Below, piece by piece: positions 1-8,915 of a stretch of DNA of 64,000 nucleotides. Location of the stretch: the NCBI GenBank assembly GCA_965219995.1, contig CBDCOX010000002.1, forward strand, positions 4,288,001-4,352,000, written 5' to 3'. The translations under genes and the position numbers were made by a program. This DNA comes from Candidatus Latescibacterota bacterium. Lineage in GTDB: Bacteria > Latescibacterota > UBA2968 > GCA-2709665. Position 1 is the first letter of the stretch. Each line of letters opens with the position of its first letter. The notes under the pieces are model-generated. The model was not told where the DNA came from. It searched no databases and worked only from the letters and a program-made list of their open reading frames with translations.

Positions 1-1124
1 CGATCACCCGCGTTCAGGACGTGAGCAAGTAAACCGATCTCCCGCGCTGTTCGGTCGTGCTCTCTAAGCACGAGCCCTCGAACGATCAGGTCCGGGCTTC
101 CTCTGTCCTCAATGGTCAGGCGCGTGCCAACGGAGCAGTTGTTATCGGTTTTGGTCTCGCCGGGAACGGGATCGACGCAAACCCCCAGATAGTATGTGCC
201 CGCTTTGTTCGGGCTTGAAGCGGTCAGGTTCTGGTTCAGGCGTTTTCCCGAGTCAAGAGGGAGTACGGAACTGATTTGAAATAGCGTGTCTGAGGCGTCT
301 ATGGTGCTTTCGTGCGAGATGTAACCGCGCCACGACGTTGCGGCAGCCGGGCCGGTACCGATGTTCTCAATTCTCGTGCCCCACGTAAAGCGACTCCCAG
401 GCGTCACGTTGTCGGGGACCAAAATGGAAGGGTGGACGATCAGGTCCGGACTGCCCTCATGACTGCCGTCAACGGTCACAGGGACGCCAATCGAGCAGTA
501 GTAGCTTGGCCCGCTTCCCACCGCAACGCAGACCCCGTAATGGTAAGTCCCCGCATACGCCGGTGCTGTCCAGTCAAGCACCGCCGTGGTGTCTACTCTA
601 TCCCCAAACAAGGGCCCTAACCAACCAATGTGGATTAGCGCGTCGCTTGAGTCTATGGATGCATCGAGCGAGCGGTAGTATTTAATTTCATGTGCGAGTC
701 CAACGGCCTGTGGTTTCTGCACGTTCGTCTCCATCGTGAATCCCTGCCTCGCGTTCAGCCTGGTCTCGCTGACCTTGAATGAACGAAAGATAAGTTGATC
801 CCCTTCGCTTCCTTCCGTCCCGACGACGGTAACAGGGCCGCCGGCTCCGGATGACGGTGCCGCCTTGCCGAAGTTCTCTGCAAACGCCAGAAAATCCGAC
901 AGGTCGATGCTGCCGTCGTTGTCGAAATCTCCCCGCGCGTCGTAGCCGGCCTCCCCCTGTGACGTGCCGAACATGCGCGCAAAGGCCAGAAAATCCGTCA
1001 GGTTCACGACACCATCGTTGTTGAAATCCCCATCGATGGCGCCTGTGGCGAAGGTGATCTGCGCGCCGGTCACGACCAGCGCGGTCAAGAGGAACCACAG
1101 TCCGAGTCGTTTGAAGATCGACAT
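1..1124 (-). CDS. Secreted dockerin-like (paired EF-hand loop) protein with CARDB-like Ig repeats; 3' end runs off the window
   Basis: Manual translation from ATG 1124 (GGAGG RBS upstream) is open to the window edge: MSIFKRLGLWFLL...GDFNNDGVVNLTDFLAF...GDFDNDGSIDLSDFLAF..., then repeats with PDLIV / GTY(H/Y)xGVCV motifs. Not in the ORF track because it has no stop in the window. Confidence 0.85.
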   Translation of the reverse strand, partial: MSIFKRLGLWFLLTALVVTGAQITFATGAIDGDFNNDGVVNLTDFLAFARMFGTSQGEAGYDARGDFDNDGSIDLSDFLAFAENFGKAAPSSGAGGPVTVVGTEGSEGDQLIFRSFKVSETRLNARQGFTMETNVQKPQAVGLAHEIKYYRSLDASIDSSDALIHIGWLGPLFGDRVDTTAVLDWTAPAYAGTYHYGVCVAVGSGPSYYCSIGVPVTVDGSHEGSPDLIVHPSILVPDNVTPGSRFTWGTRIENIGTGPAAATSWRGYISHESTIDASDTLFQISSVLPLDSGKRLNQNLTASSPNKAGTYYLGVCVDPVPGETKTDNNCSVGTRLTIEDRGSPDLIVRGLVLREHDRTAREIGLLAHVLNAGD

Positions 1125-1184
1125 ACAATCCTCCCTTGAGAATACTCTATGCTGGAACCGACACCTCCCAACAAGCATCCGCTA

Positions 1185-1290
1185 ACATCAACAGCAACAT
1201 GCGTTTCGTCGCCGAGAAATCGCCGTCAGGAATCCGATACACGTAGACGCCGCTGGCCACGGAACGGACTGACGCGTCCCTCCCGTCTCA
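1185..1290 (-). pseudogene. Relic of a FlgD-Ig/C-terminal sorting domain
   Basis: Translates DGRDASVRSVASGVYVYRIPDGDFSATKRMLLL, matching the C-terminus of 14217..15026; no start or upstream part. Confidence 0.75.
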
Positions 1291-1418
1291 CCGGGCCGCG
1301 ATCGATCACCCTGGCGCGGGTGGTCGATCCCTGGATGACCGGGCTGAATTCATGCGGAACCCGTGCGTGTTCCACGCATTGATTCACAGAATTCAGGCCT
1401 GCGTCCTTCCTCGCGTTC

Positions 1419-1817
1419 TCAGTTCGTCCCGCATTGTACAGACCTGTTGACGACGCTGGCGAGGGTTATGCCGCCAAAGGATACCGCCACGTCGAAATCC
1501 TGTCCGCTCTCACACCGGGTCTTTGCCTCGCCGCTGAGGTTGAGTTGCGAGCACGCGGTCTGCAACGCTGCGCGCATCGCTTCTTCCTCAGTAGCGCCGG
1601 AGCCCGTTCCTGTTCCCGATCCGGACGGCGAACTGAGATCGCCCATCCTTGAAGGCACAAGCGTCAGCGTCACCTCGCACTGCCACGACTTTGATCCGGC
1701 GCCGTCGTCATTGCCGCAGGACAAAGCGACGTAAATGACCAAACCGGTCATCAGGACATAAATCGACGCCTTGAATATCGCAGTGAGGTCCCGCCTGTGT
1801 TCAGTCATGACTGACAT
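1419..1817 (-). CDS. Small Cys-containing putative lipoprotein (start may be 1808)
   Basis: Hydrophobic stretch ending VALSC, GGAGG upstream, four further Cys; its 3' half is duplicated at ~19340-19500. Confidence 0.65.
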   Translation of the reverse strand: MSVMTEHRRDLTAIFKASIYVLMTGLVIYVALSCGNDDGAGSKSWQCEVTLTLVPSRMGDLSSPSGSGTGTGSGATEEEAMRAALQTACSQLNLSGEAKTRCESGQDFDVAVSFGGITLASVVNRSVQCGTN

Positions 1818-1920
1818 TCCTCCGATTGGTGAACGGTTGGGTGGCGCATCTCAGGGTAGATTTGTCTCATCATCCGATGACAGATTCCGACGTCGTGCGT
1901 TTTTCCGGTGGGGAGGCCGC

Positions 1921-2338
1921 TCAATCGGCAGTATGAATGGTCCTGGCGTTGGTTCCACTGTTTTTCGAGGCATGGAAGGTTCGATCGGACGCCGATGTAG
2001 CTGCCGAAGGTCTTGCCGCGCAGCGACAGTTCCACCGTATATCCCTGAATTTGCGTGCCCCTCGCCTCCGGTACGAAGAACTGAAACTGAATGCTGTCGC
2101 CCGCCTTCTTCTCGGGCAGCGTCACCGCGTTGTCATTCGGCGCGGGGCTCTCGATCCGTGTGTCCGGAAGCAATTTCGGGTGGCTTGACAGGTCCCCGAT
2201 TGACTCATGCACGAGTTCCATAGGCGATACGACCTGTGCAGATACGGATTGCGGTTTTAGTACGCCTACGTCTGAGGTCAACCTCAAACCGAACAGCGCC
2301 AATGCCGTGCATACCGATACAACCGGGCTCCGCCACAT
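1921..2338 (-). pseudogene. Internally deleted paralog of the cohesin/dockerin family
   Basis: Signal peptide resembles that of 19525..22023; then half a cohesin-like domain (KAGDSIQFQFF..GYTVEL) joined directly to DNA matching the last ~20 codons of 19525..22023. Confidence 0.75.
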
Positions 2339-2339
2339 A

Positions 2340-2850
2340 CCTGCCTCCTAAGAATCGTCACCCGTGCGGGGACATGCTTATGGGCACGGCCGATCGTGCG
2401 ACCGACGACGCCGATTGAGAAGCGACCGGATTCAACGTGGGCGCCAGCACATGCCGCGGCGGCGCAGATCGAGTGACGATGGGAAGAAGGAGAAGAATGA
2501 GGAACGCGGCTGCTCGACCGCGAAAGAACAACCGAGCACGCCGGTGATTCAGATTTGCCTGAAGGGGGCCCGAGATGGAGAAATTCGGAGCGGAAATCCG
2601 TTTCGTGAGTTCTGATAAACAAATACGCCTGCAAGTAACCCCGAGAGAACCACCGTGAAGGTCAAATACAGTTGTCTGTCGGGTCAGGACTGCAGGCCTC
2701 TCCGTCAGATAAGGGGAGGCTGTCACTGATGGAGGTATCCTGAACCGCAGCAGTAACCCGATGCTGCCTTGGGCCGTGGAATCCCGGTACGGCATGCTGT
2801 CTCGAATCTTCGGACGATAACGCTCGACGATGATTCCGCGAGTCCGTCAA
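2340..2850 (-). promoter_or_regulatory. Conserved long non-coding upstream region, copy 1
   Basis: Colinear conserved blocks with 22025-22560 (e.g. caggcctctccgtcagataa, ctcgaatcttcggacg). Confidence 0.55.
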
Positions 2851-3208
2851 TTGCAAACGTGTTGCACATTGCAGCAGTGCGCACGGTATAATAACACATT
2901 ATTTTTGAAGTACTGTTGAAATTTTAGATTTTTCGTTGATATATTGTTAAATTTGCCGTATTTTGGCTCAGGAAGGCGCGAATTCGCAACGGCGATTCGA
3001 ATTGCATGCCGCACTTTGCGACAGCGGCATTCTCTTTGATTCACAAAACGGAACCTGTATGGATGGACGGGACAGACAGGATTAGAGCCGGATAGCGGGA
3101 AGAGAGAGCGGAGATGCCGCCTGACAGGATGGACGATTGAGTACCAACGTGCCGCCTGCTCTGCTCGGGACACGTGCAAATCATGCACGTGTGAATCGAT
3201 GCCGGAGC

Positions 3209-3460
3209 AGATCCTTCGTCAGTCACCTGTACTCGTCGGCAGGGCGCGATGCAGGCAGGCCCCCCCTTACGCCGGCTTTCCTCAGGATGACGGTCTGGGC
3301 TAACCGATGACTATTACATTCCGACAGTGGCAATTGCGAGTCATGCCATTCTGAGCACACCGAAGAATCTCCCGTATTCTCGATCGTCCTCAACGCAAAA
3401 GCGCGGTGAACGCACTTGCGCGGAGACATCGCCTTCCTGGCAGTCTCCTCAGGATGACAG
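3209..3460. repeat. REP-like palindromic repeats of the GTCATYCTGAG...GAAGRATCT / AGATYCTTCG...CTCAGRATGAC type
   Basis: agatccttcg...ctcaggatgac and cattctgagc..cgaagaatct motifs; same family at ~11060-11460 and 23033-23400. Confidence 0.65.
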
Positions 3461-3582
3461 TGTTGGCAAACGTGCGGCTGAGACGTTTCGCGGATGTTGA
3501 ATGCGATGGGTCCAGAGTCTCCGGGACAATCCCTGATTCAACACCAACCCGAGTGCGAAAAGTGGTGGACCAATACACGCGA

Positions 3583-3611
3583 TTGACGCTTGGCAAATAT
3601 GTGGCTAAGGT
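3583..3611 (+). promoter_or_regulatory. Putative sigma70 promoter
   Basis: TTGACG-17 bp-TAAGGT, about 90 bp upstream of ATG 3700. Confidence 0.45.
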
Positions 3612-3699
3612 GTTAGAGTCTAGATAAAAGAGTTTCAAAATTGTTGGTAAAGCTCCTATCGGTGGCCGGTCGAAGGCGTATTTCGGGAGGGGGACTGCA

Positions 3700-4272
3700 A
3701 TGAAAAAAACGATACCTATGAATTGGTATCAGGCAGGCGTCCTGTTTATGGCGTTTTTGTTTACAGGTTGCGCGGCGAGCAAACAACTCTCAGGAGTTAA
3801 CGATCTTCTCCAGGAGTATCACGTTAAAGATGTCAGAGTGTCATTTGCAGACAAGGTCGATATAGGTGTTTTTAAGCGTTTGGATAATGAAGACGACAAG
3901 GATTTTGTCGAGAGAGTAGGAGCATCCATAGAGAAGACTGTACGCGAGTCGATTGTGTCCTCCCTAGACGGGCCAACACCAGCGAATATCGCTATTACGC
4001 TAACGGAAGTGGCGATCGCCAGCGGAGTAGGCAGAGCACTTGGTGGTCACGACAGTACGATAACTGGCATTGTGGAGATTGTAGATGCGAATTCCAGCAC
4101 GGTTCTGGCTGAAAGAGCGATTAAAGGAAAAGATCGTTCGACCAAAATGGGCGGTAATATTGGTGCCCTTGTATCGCTTATATCCAATGCAACTAATGCA
4201 GCCACAACCGACAGGGTTGAGGAGGCGGTCAACGATTTTTCAATCAAATTGCGAGACTGGATCGAAAAATGA
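3700..4272 (+). CDS. Putative lipoprotein (possibly DUF4410-like)
   Basis: GGAGG RBS, signal ending FTGC, 190 aa; stop overlaps next start (ATGA). Confidence 0.8.
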   Translation: MKKTIPMNWYQAGVLFMAFLFTGCAASKQLSGVNDLLQEYHVKDVRVSFADKVDIGVFKRLDNEDDKDFVERVGASIEKTVRESIVSSLDGPTPANIAITLTEVAIASGVGRALGGHDSTITGIVEIVDANSSTVLAERAIKGKDRSTKMGGNIGALVSLISNATNAATTDRVEEAVNDFSIKLRDWIEK

Positions 4273-4871
4273 GAGACAACTCGGTTCCGGCCATGACGAT
4301 CGGTGGTGTTATTCAGGTGGCCGGCCTCTTCCTGGCAGGTGTATGTGCATTACAGATGCTGGGCGCATGTAGCCAGAAATTGTCGATGCTGAAACCGGCA
4401 ACCGGCAAGCTAGCAGCTTACCATGTGAAAGAACTGGTCGTGCATGCCGAGGGAGGGGGGGGCAGTGAATCGGAGTCACCGGAGGACGCGGATAGAGTGT
4501 CGTCGGTATTTAAGACTGCCATCGGCAGAGAGTTGCGAGCTACTCTTCGCGGAACGAATCCGGCGAATGCGATCATCCGCTTAAAGGATGTGGCTGATCT
4601 CAATACCCATTCTTGGACTGACGAAAGCGGTTTCGTCCACCATGTCACGGTGTCGAACTTTGATTATTACGTCAACCTCACTTTCAAGGATGCTCTTACG
4701 CATGACGTAATTGCTGAACAATGGTTTTTGATTGATCGTGGGAATTGGTTTACACGGCAAGGCGTTTGGCGGTCGCTCAGCCGGGACGAGCAACTTAATC
4801 GTTGGAGTAGCAGGCTTGCGGAGCAAATTAGATTGTGGGTCAGTTCAGCCGAGCCTGAAACCCGACCCTGA
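4269..4871 (+). CDS. Putative lipoprotein, distant paralog of the upstream gene
   Basis: Lipobox LGAC; shares YHVK(D/E) and G.xPAN..I.L motifs with 3700..4272; translationally coupled. Confidence 0.75.
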   Translation: MRDNSVPAMTIGGVIQVAGLFLAGVCALQMLGACSQKLSMLKPATGKLAAYHVKELVVHAEGGGGSESESPEDADRVSSVFKTAIGRELRATLRGTNPANAIIRLKDVADLNTHSWTDESGFVHHVTVSNFDYYVNLTFKDALTHDVIAEQWFLIDRGNWFTRQGVWRSLSRDEQLNRWSSRLAEQIRLWVSSAEPETRP

Positions 4872-4873
4872 CA

Positions 4874-4921
4874 TTGCATAAATCTGCGTTGCACAAATCT
4901 GTTTGAAGGCAGTGGTATAAT
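4874..4921 (+). promoter_or_regulatory. Extended -10 promoter with upstream tandem direct repeat
   Basis: TGGTATAAT at 4913-4921 preceded by ttgcataaatctg / ttgcacaaatctg (15-bp period). Confidence 0.45.
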
Positions 4922-5139
4922 CAGGCGGCATCCTTCAGTGTTTCGATGAAATGCAGCAGATCGTTTTCCACTTTTGGTTTGGATTGGAGTTCAGGGTCAG
5001 GGTCAACTCGCCCTTGGGCAACGTGAGGCGCCGGGCGCGCTGAATGAAGCGGTGACGCAGATCAACCTGTGCAGGCATTTGTCGAAAGGATTGAGGCATG
5101 GCTGGGCAGCCGCGACTTTGTAATAAACCCCGGACCGGT

Positions 5140-5523
5140 ATGAACCTGCTTGGAGAGACTCGCGCGGGAACACTGGTGGTGATGGCAGTCGCGCTCAGCG
5201 TCTTCGGTGTCGGTTGCGACAACCTCTTGGGTCCGCCGGAAGACGCGGTTACCGTACAAGTCACGACGTGTTCAGGTAAAAGAGATATTGCCGGACGTGT
5301 GGATGTCACAATAGGGGGCACTGTACGTGCGCACTGGTCGGTGAAATTCGTAACCGTCACCGGATACGCCGATGATCAATGGCGGATCGGGATGGACTCG
5401 TTGGGCTTTATGGACAAGGGCGACGTCGAGGCGTTCACCATCACCGGGCGATTCACTACTTCATCTATTTCTGCACAGACTACTCTCAAATGCACAGCCG
5501 AGGTCAGCTATAACGTTGATTGA
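5140..5523 (+). CDS. Small putative lipoprotein, single beta-rich domain (alternative start 5098)
   Basis: Signal ending GVGC; mature part resembles the C-terminal domain of 15171..18221. Confidence 0.75.
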   Translation: MNLLGETRAGTLVVMAVALSVFGVGCDNLLGPPEDAVTVQVTTCSGKRDIAGRVDVTIGGTVRAHWSVKFVTVTGYADDQWRIGMDSLGFMDKGDVEAFTITGRFTTSSISAQTTLKCTAEVSYNVD

Positions 5524-5544
5524 GGTGCCGGAGGGCCGTTCGGG

Positions 5545-5581
5545 GGATGCGCCGACCGGTCCAGAGACCGTCGGCGCATCC
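5545..5581. terminator. Strong GC hairpin after the lipoprotein gene (terminator or REP-like)
   Basis: ggatgcgccgac...gtcggcgcatcc inverted repeat; no clear U-tract. Confidence 0.4.
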
Positions 5582-5756
5582 GGACCGACGCGGCGCTCGT
5601 TTCCTCGATCAAGGCGATCAGCTCGCCGAAGACTCCCCGACGTACCCCACGACTTGACAAGATCCAGCACAGACCATCCTATTCTCGGCATAACAAGATG
5701 GCCATGAGACCGAAGTACGAGCAGGGGCTGGTGCCCCGTATCCCTGATGGTGCTGA

Positions 5757-7409
5757 ATGAAGGGCTGGCAGCATGTGACCGTTACATTGATCATCGTTGG
5801 CGTGGCTACGCTATTGCCAATGGCGGCGGTTTGGCAGACTGGGGCCTCAACGCAAGGAACCCATGCGGAGGCCATGATCCGGGCCGCCATAGCCGGCGAT
5901 GCGGAAACGATTGGCAGCTTGCTTGAATCACGGCTGGACCCGGTGGTCATGGACGACTATGGCGTTACGCCTCTCATGGCTGCTGCCTACGCGGGCAATG
6001 CCGAGGTGATCAGCCTTTTGCTTCAGGCGGGCGCGGATGTCAACTCCAAATCTGGACCCTCAGGAGCGACATCGTTGAATATTGGATATGGGTCTTTCAT
6101 CGAAATGCGACGACACGACGGACCGAGGTATGAAGGTGATACGGCTTTGATGTCGGCTGTCGTGGCCGGGCACCTGGATGCGTTGAACATCTTGCTCGAT
6201 GCCGGTGCGGATGTGAATGCCACGGACAACATGGGGAGGACAGCCTTATCCGTCGCCAGGATGCGGAATCACCGAGAAGCAATGGAGCGCTTGACCGAGA
6301 GTGGTGCGGACGGTGGCTCGGCCGCGCCGCAGACAAGCTCTGCAGGAACCCAAGCCGATACGCACGACGGCTCCATGGAGTCGCGACTGTGGTCTGCGGT
6401 TGAACGGGGTGACGTCACGGAAGTGCAATCGTCGGTCGATGCCGGCGTGGACGTGAATGTGGAACAAACCGTGAACGTGGGAGGGTTTTCAGCAGACAAA
6501 CTGCGCGAACTGGGTCTGCGAGGACTCACGCCCGTGGTGCTGGCCGCCTTGAGGGGTCACGCAGACGTGACGGGAACCCTCGTCGATCATGGCGCTGATA
6601 TGGACGCGATGACTGTTCGGGCGGCCGCGGGGGAGGAAGTCGAGTTCCTGGGAACGGCCTTGATGGCGGCTGCGAGGAATGAGCATGTTGGTGTGGCCCG
6701 ACTGTTGATTGAACGCGGCGCTGATGTGATGGCGAGTTGGAAGAACATGAATGCTCTCATTACGGCAGCGTATACGGGTAACCTGGACATGGTGGCTCTG
6801 TTGGTCTCGGCCGGCGCATACAAACCTACCACGCTCAATGGCATTAAGGCGTTGCAGACAGCGGCGGACAGGGGTCACACGGAGGTCGCCGAGTTGCTTC
6901 AGACGAAGTTCGACGAGTACTTGGAATCCGGCGAAGCAGCCGAGGCGTTTGTGAACGGGTTCAAGGACGGTCTCAGGAAACGCGCTGCTCGGAATCCGGA
7001 CAAACCCGTCAACCGCCGTCTGCTTGATCGCCTGGACGCCATGGATGGTCTGGGGCCTATCCGCGAAGTCGGTGATCGCTTTCAGGACTGTCGGACGTGC
7101 CCGGAGATGATCGTGCTGCCTACAGGCGAGTTCGAGATGGGATCGCCGTCACATGAAAAGGATCGCAGGGATTGGGAAGGTCCGGTTCATCGTGTGGCCA
7201 TTGCAGAGCCCATTGCGATGGGCTTGCACGAAGTGACTGTCGCAGAGTTCCGCCGTTTTGTGGTCGATACGGACCGCGCGATGGGCGACTCCTGCTGGAC
7301 ATTCGTCAGTACCAATTCGTTTTCGGAGCGATTCGTGACGGTCGGGTTTCGCGTGGCACGGGAGTTGGATACGGTTGCGGTTTCTGGAAAGGCTGTCACT
7401 TCGGATTAG
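5757..7409 (+). CDS. Secreted ankyrin-repeat protein with an internally deleted C-terminal FGE-sulfatase-like (CLec-fold) domain
   Basis: Signal peptide; TPLMAAA/TALM..A ankyrin repeats; CPEMIVLPTGEFEMGS...HEVTVAEF and terminal GFRVAR motifs, with the central part of the domain missing. Confidence 0.85.
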   Translation: MKGWQHVTVTLIIVGVATLLPMAAVWQTGASTQGTHAEAMIRAAIAGDAETIGSLLESRLDPVVMDDYGVTPLMAAAYAGNAEVISLLLQAGADVNSKSGPSGATSLNIGYGSFIEMRRHDGPRYEGDTALMSAVVAGHLDALNILLDAGADVNATDNMGRTALSVARMRNHREAMERLTESGADGGSAAPQTSSAGTQADTHDGSMESRLWSAVERGDVTEVQSSVDAGVDVNVEQTVNVGGFSADKLRELGLRGLTPVVLAALRGHADVTGTLVDHGADMDAMTVRAAAGEEVEFLGTALMAAARNEHVGVARLLIERGADVMASWKNMNALITAAYTGNLDMVALLVSAGAYKPTTLNGIKALQTAADRGHTEVAELLQTKFDEYLESGEAAEAFVNGFKDGLRKRAARNPDKPVNRRLLDRLDAMDGLGPIREVGDRFQDCRTCPEMIVLPTGEFEMGSPSHEKDRRDWEGPVHRVAIAEPIAMGLHEVTVAEFRRFVVDTDRAMGDSCWTFVSTNSFSERFVTVGFRVARELDTVAVSGKAVTSD

Positions 7410-8146
7410 GACAGGACTGCGGCTGGATGGTGATCGACGGCACGTTTAGGAGTGGCCTATCTGTTTCCGCCCCTTTCGTCTGGCCCAATGTATTGTAGAG
7501 GACCTCGGCAGGGAAGCGTGACGTTCCCATTCCCGGTATTCGGTACTTGTCGCACAACCACCAGCGGAGCCGTTTCCGGGTGTGGCTGTCCACACTCCGG
7601 TAGGTTCTGCTGACCGGACCCAGACGGAAGTAGTTGCCCCACCCTGCCAGCATTCGGTTCAGGTGGGTAGTGCGTTCTTGATGGTCTTTCAGCAGCCACC
7701 GTCGCGCCGTTGCCTCGCTGATAGCCCGGCAGATGTGCCGGATGGCCTTCTTTGACGGGCGCGTCCCGATATAGGCCTTGCCCGTCTTTGGCGAGTAACA
7801 GCGTCCGATGGTATAACCCAGAAAGCCAAATCGTCCTTCGGGAAGGGTGCATATGCTCGTCTTCTGCTCATTGACCGTCAACTTCAGCGCTCTCATGATG
7901 GATCGCATCGCGCGCATCGCCTCTTGTGCGCTGCCGCGACAGCAGATCACAAAATCGCCCGCTCCGCCTGCCTTGTCGGCAGACAGGCCGCCGTTGGCCT
8001 TGCAGCATTCGCAGGGGTAAGTGCAGGATGTCCTCACGATATACCTTGTCACACAGCGCGTAGAATCGGTAATCGGGTGATTCCTTCGCTTTGGCAGGCA
8101 ACGTCCTCTGCAACTTCCGAACCTTGTCTGGAGGTCTTAGGCTCAA
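7396..8146 (-). pseudogene. ltrA: Group II intron reverse transcriptase/maturase pseudogene
   Basis: RT0 motif KVRKLQRTL..KAK..PDYRFYAL.DKV, a frameshift, then KANG..GAG fused to DFVI (most of the RT core and YADD lost), FGFLGY, and maturase LNRMLAGWGNYF. Confidence 0.85.
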
Positions 8147-8704
8147 CCCAATCTCCAGGCTCTCGCTCCGTTGACGTTGCCCTTGAACCAGGGCCCCTTC
8201 CCTCCCTGCCTGTAGCGCAGTACGCTGCGCAGGCAGGCACCGGCATTACCCGGCTTCTCGGGTACTACGGGCCACTCCGCCACCCCACGCGGCCCGGCCT
8301 GGCCCTCACGGGCTGCCGGTTGGTGGCCCCCGCACCACCGCCTGGGGCTTCCCGTGTTGCGTCGGATCTCTTGTATACGTGCCTCCGCCATTACCCCGGC
8401 CTGCCTGCGTCCTTCGGACAGGCAGGCCGGGACCGCTGGATGCACGCGTTGCTTTCTTTTTCGAGCGACGGCGGCCTTCCCCGAAATTCAGGCGGGTCGG
8501 CTCCCGCATTACCCTTTTCGAGGCCTGCTCAGCGTTCACTCACGTTTCGGCCTGCATACTCGCCAGGTCCGCCTTGCGACCTTCTACACCGGAGGCTTCG
8601 GAGATGTCGTTGCCTACGTCTCCGCTCCGGTTGCTAACGACTGCAGCAACATTTGTCGGGTGGGACTCTCACCCGCTGAAGTTCCACGCCTTTTCACGGC
8701 GCAC
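7480..8704 (-). mobile_element. Decayed group II intron (5' RNA domains present, 3' DV/DVI not seen)
   Basis: 5' end GTGCGCCG at 8704, ~550 nt of typical intron RNA, then RT/maturase remnants. Confidence 0.85.
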
Positions 8705-8739
8705 CATAGATGGACCTGTCTGCGTGCTTTGTAGTACCC

Positions 8740-8857
8740 TCTGGAGGAGGACTCGGGCGTGCACGATTCGGTAGGCTCGCGTCTTGCCTTTGTTTGCCGG
8801 ATCCTGCAGACGCTCACGTTTTTCGGGACTCAGACGGGCAACGAATTTCCTCGGCAT
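8740..8857 (-). pseudogene. IS630-family transposase N-terminal fragment
   Basis: MPRKFVARLSPEKRERLQ...KGKTRAYRIVHARVLL resembles IS630 HTH N-termini; RBS present; truncated. Confidence 0.65.
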
Positions 8858-8915
8858 GTCGATGGCTCCCTCTTCAGGCGAGACGTCAGACGAGAAGCAT
8901 GTCCGGCGTTAGAAG

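Noticed and set aside
2358-2795. Paralogous leader ORFs 2358..2795 and 22043..22504 as real proteins
   Set aside because: Similarity switches reading frame midway, composition is atypical and there is no clear RBS; better explained as conserved non-coding DNA.
5757-8704. Diversity-generating retroelement (FGE-like target next to an RT)
   Set aside because: The RT has group II intron RT0 and maturase motifs and a GTGCG intron 5' end, its catalytic core is deleted, and no template repeat or avd gene was seen.
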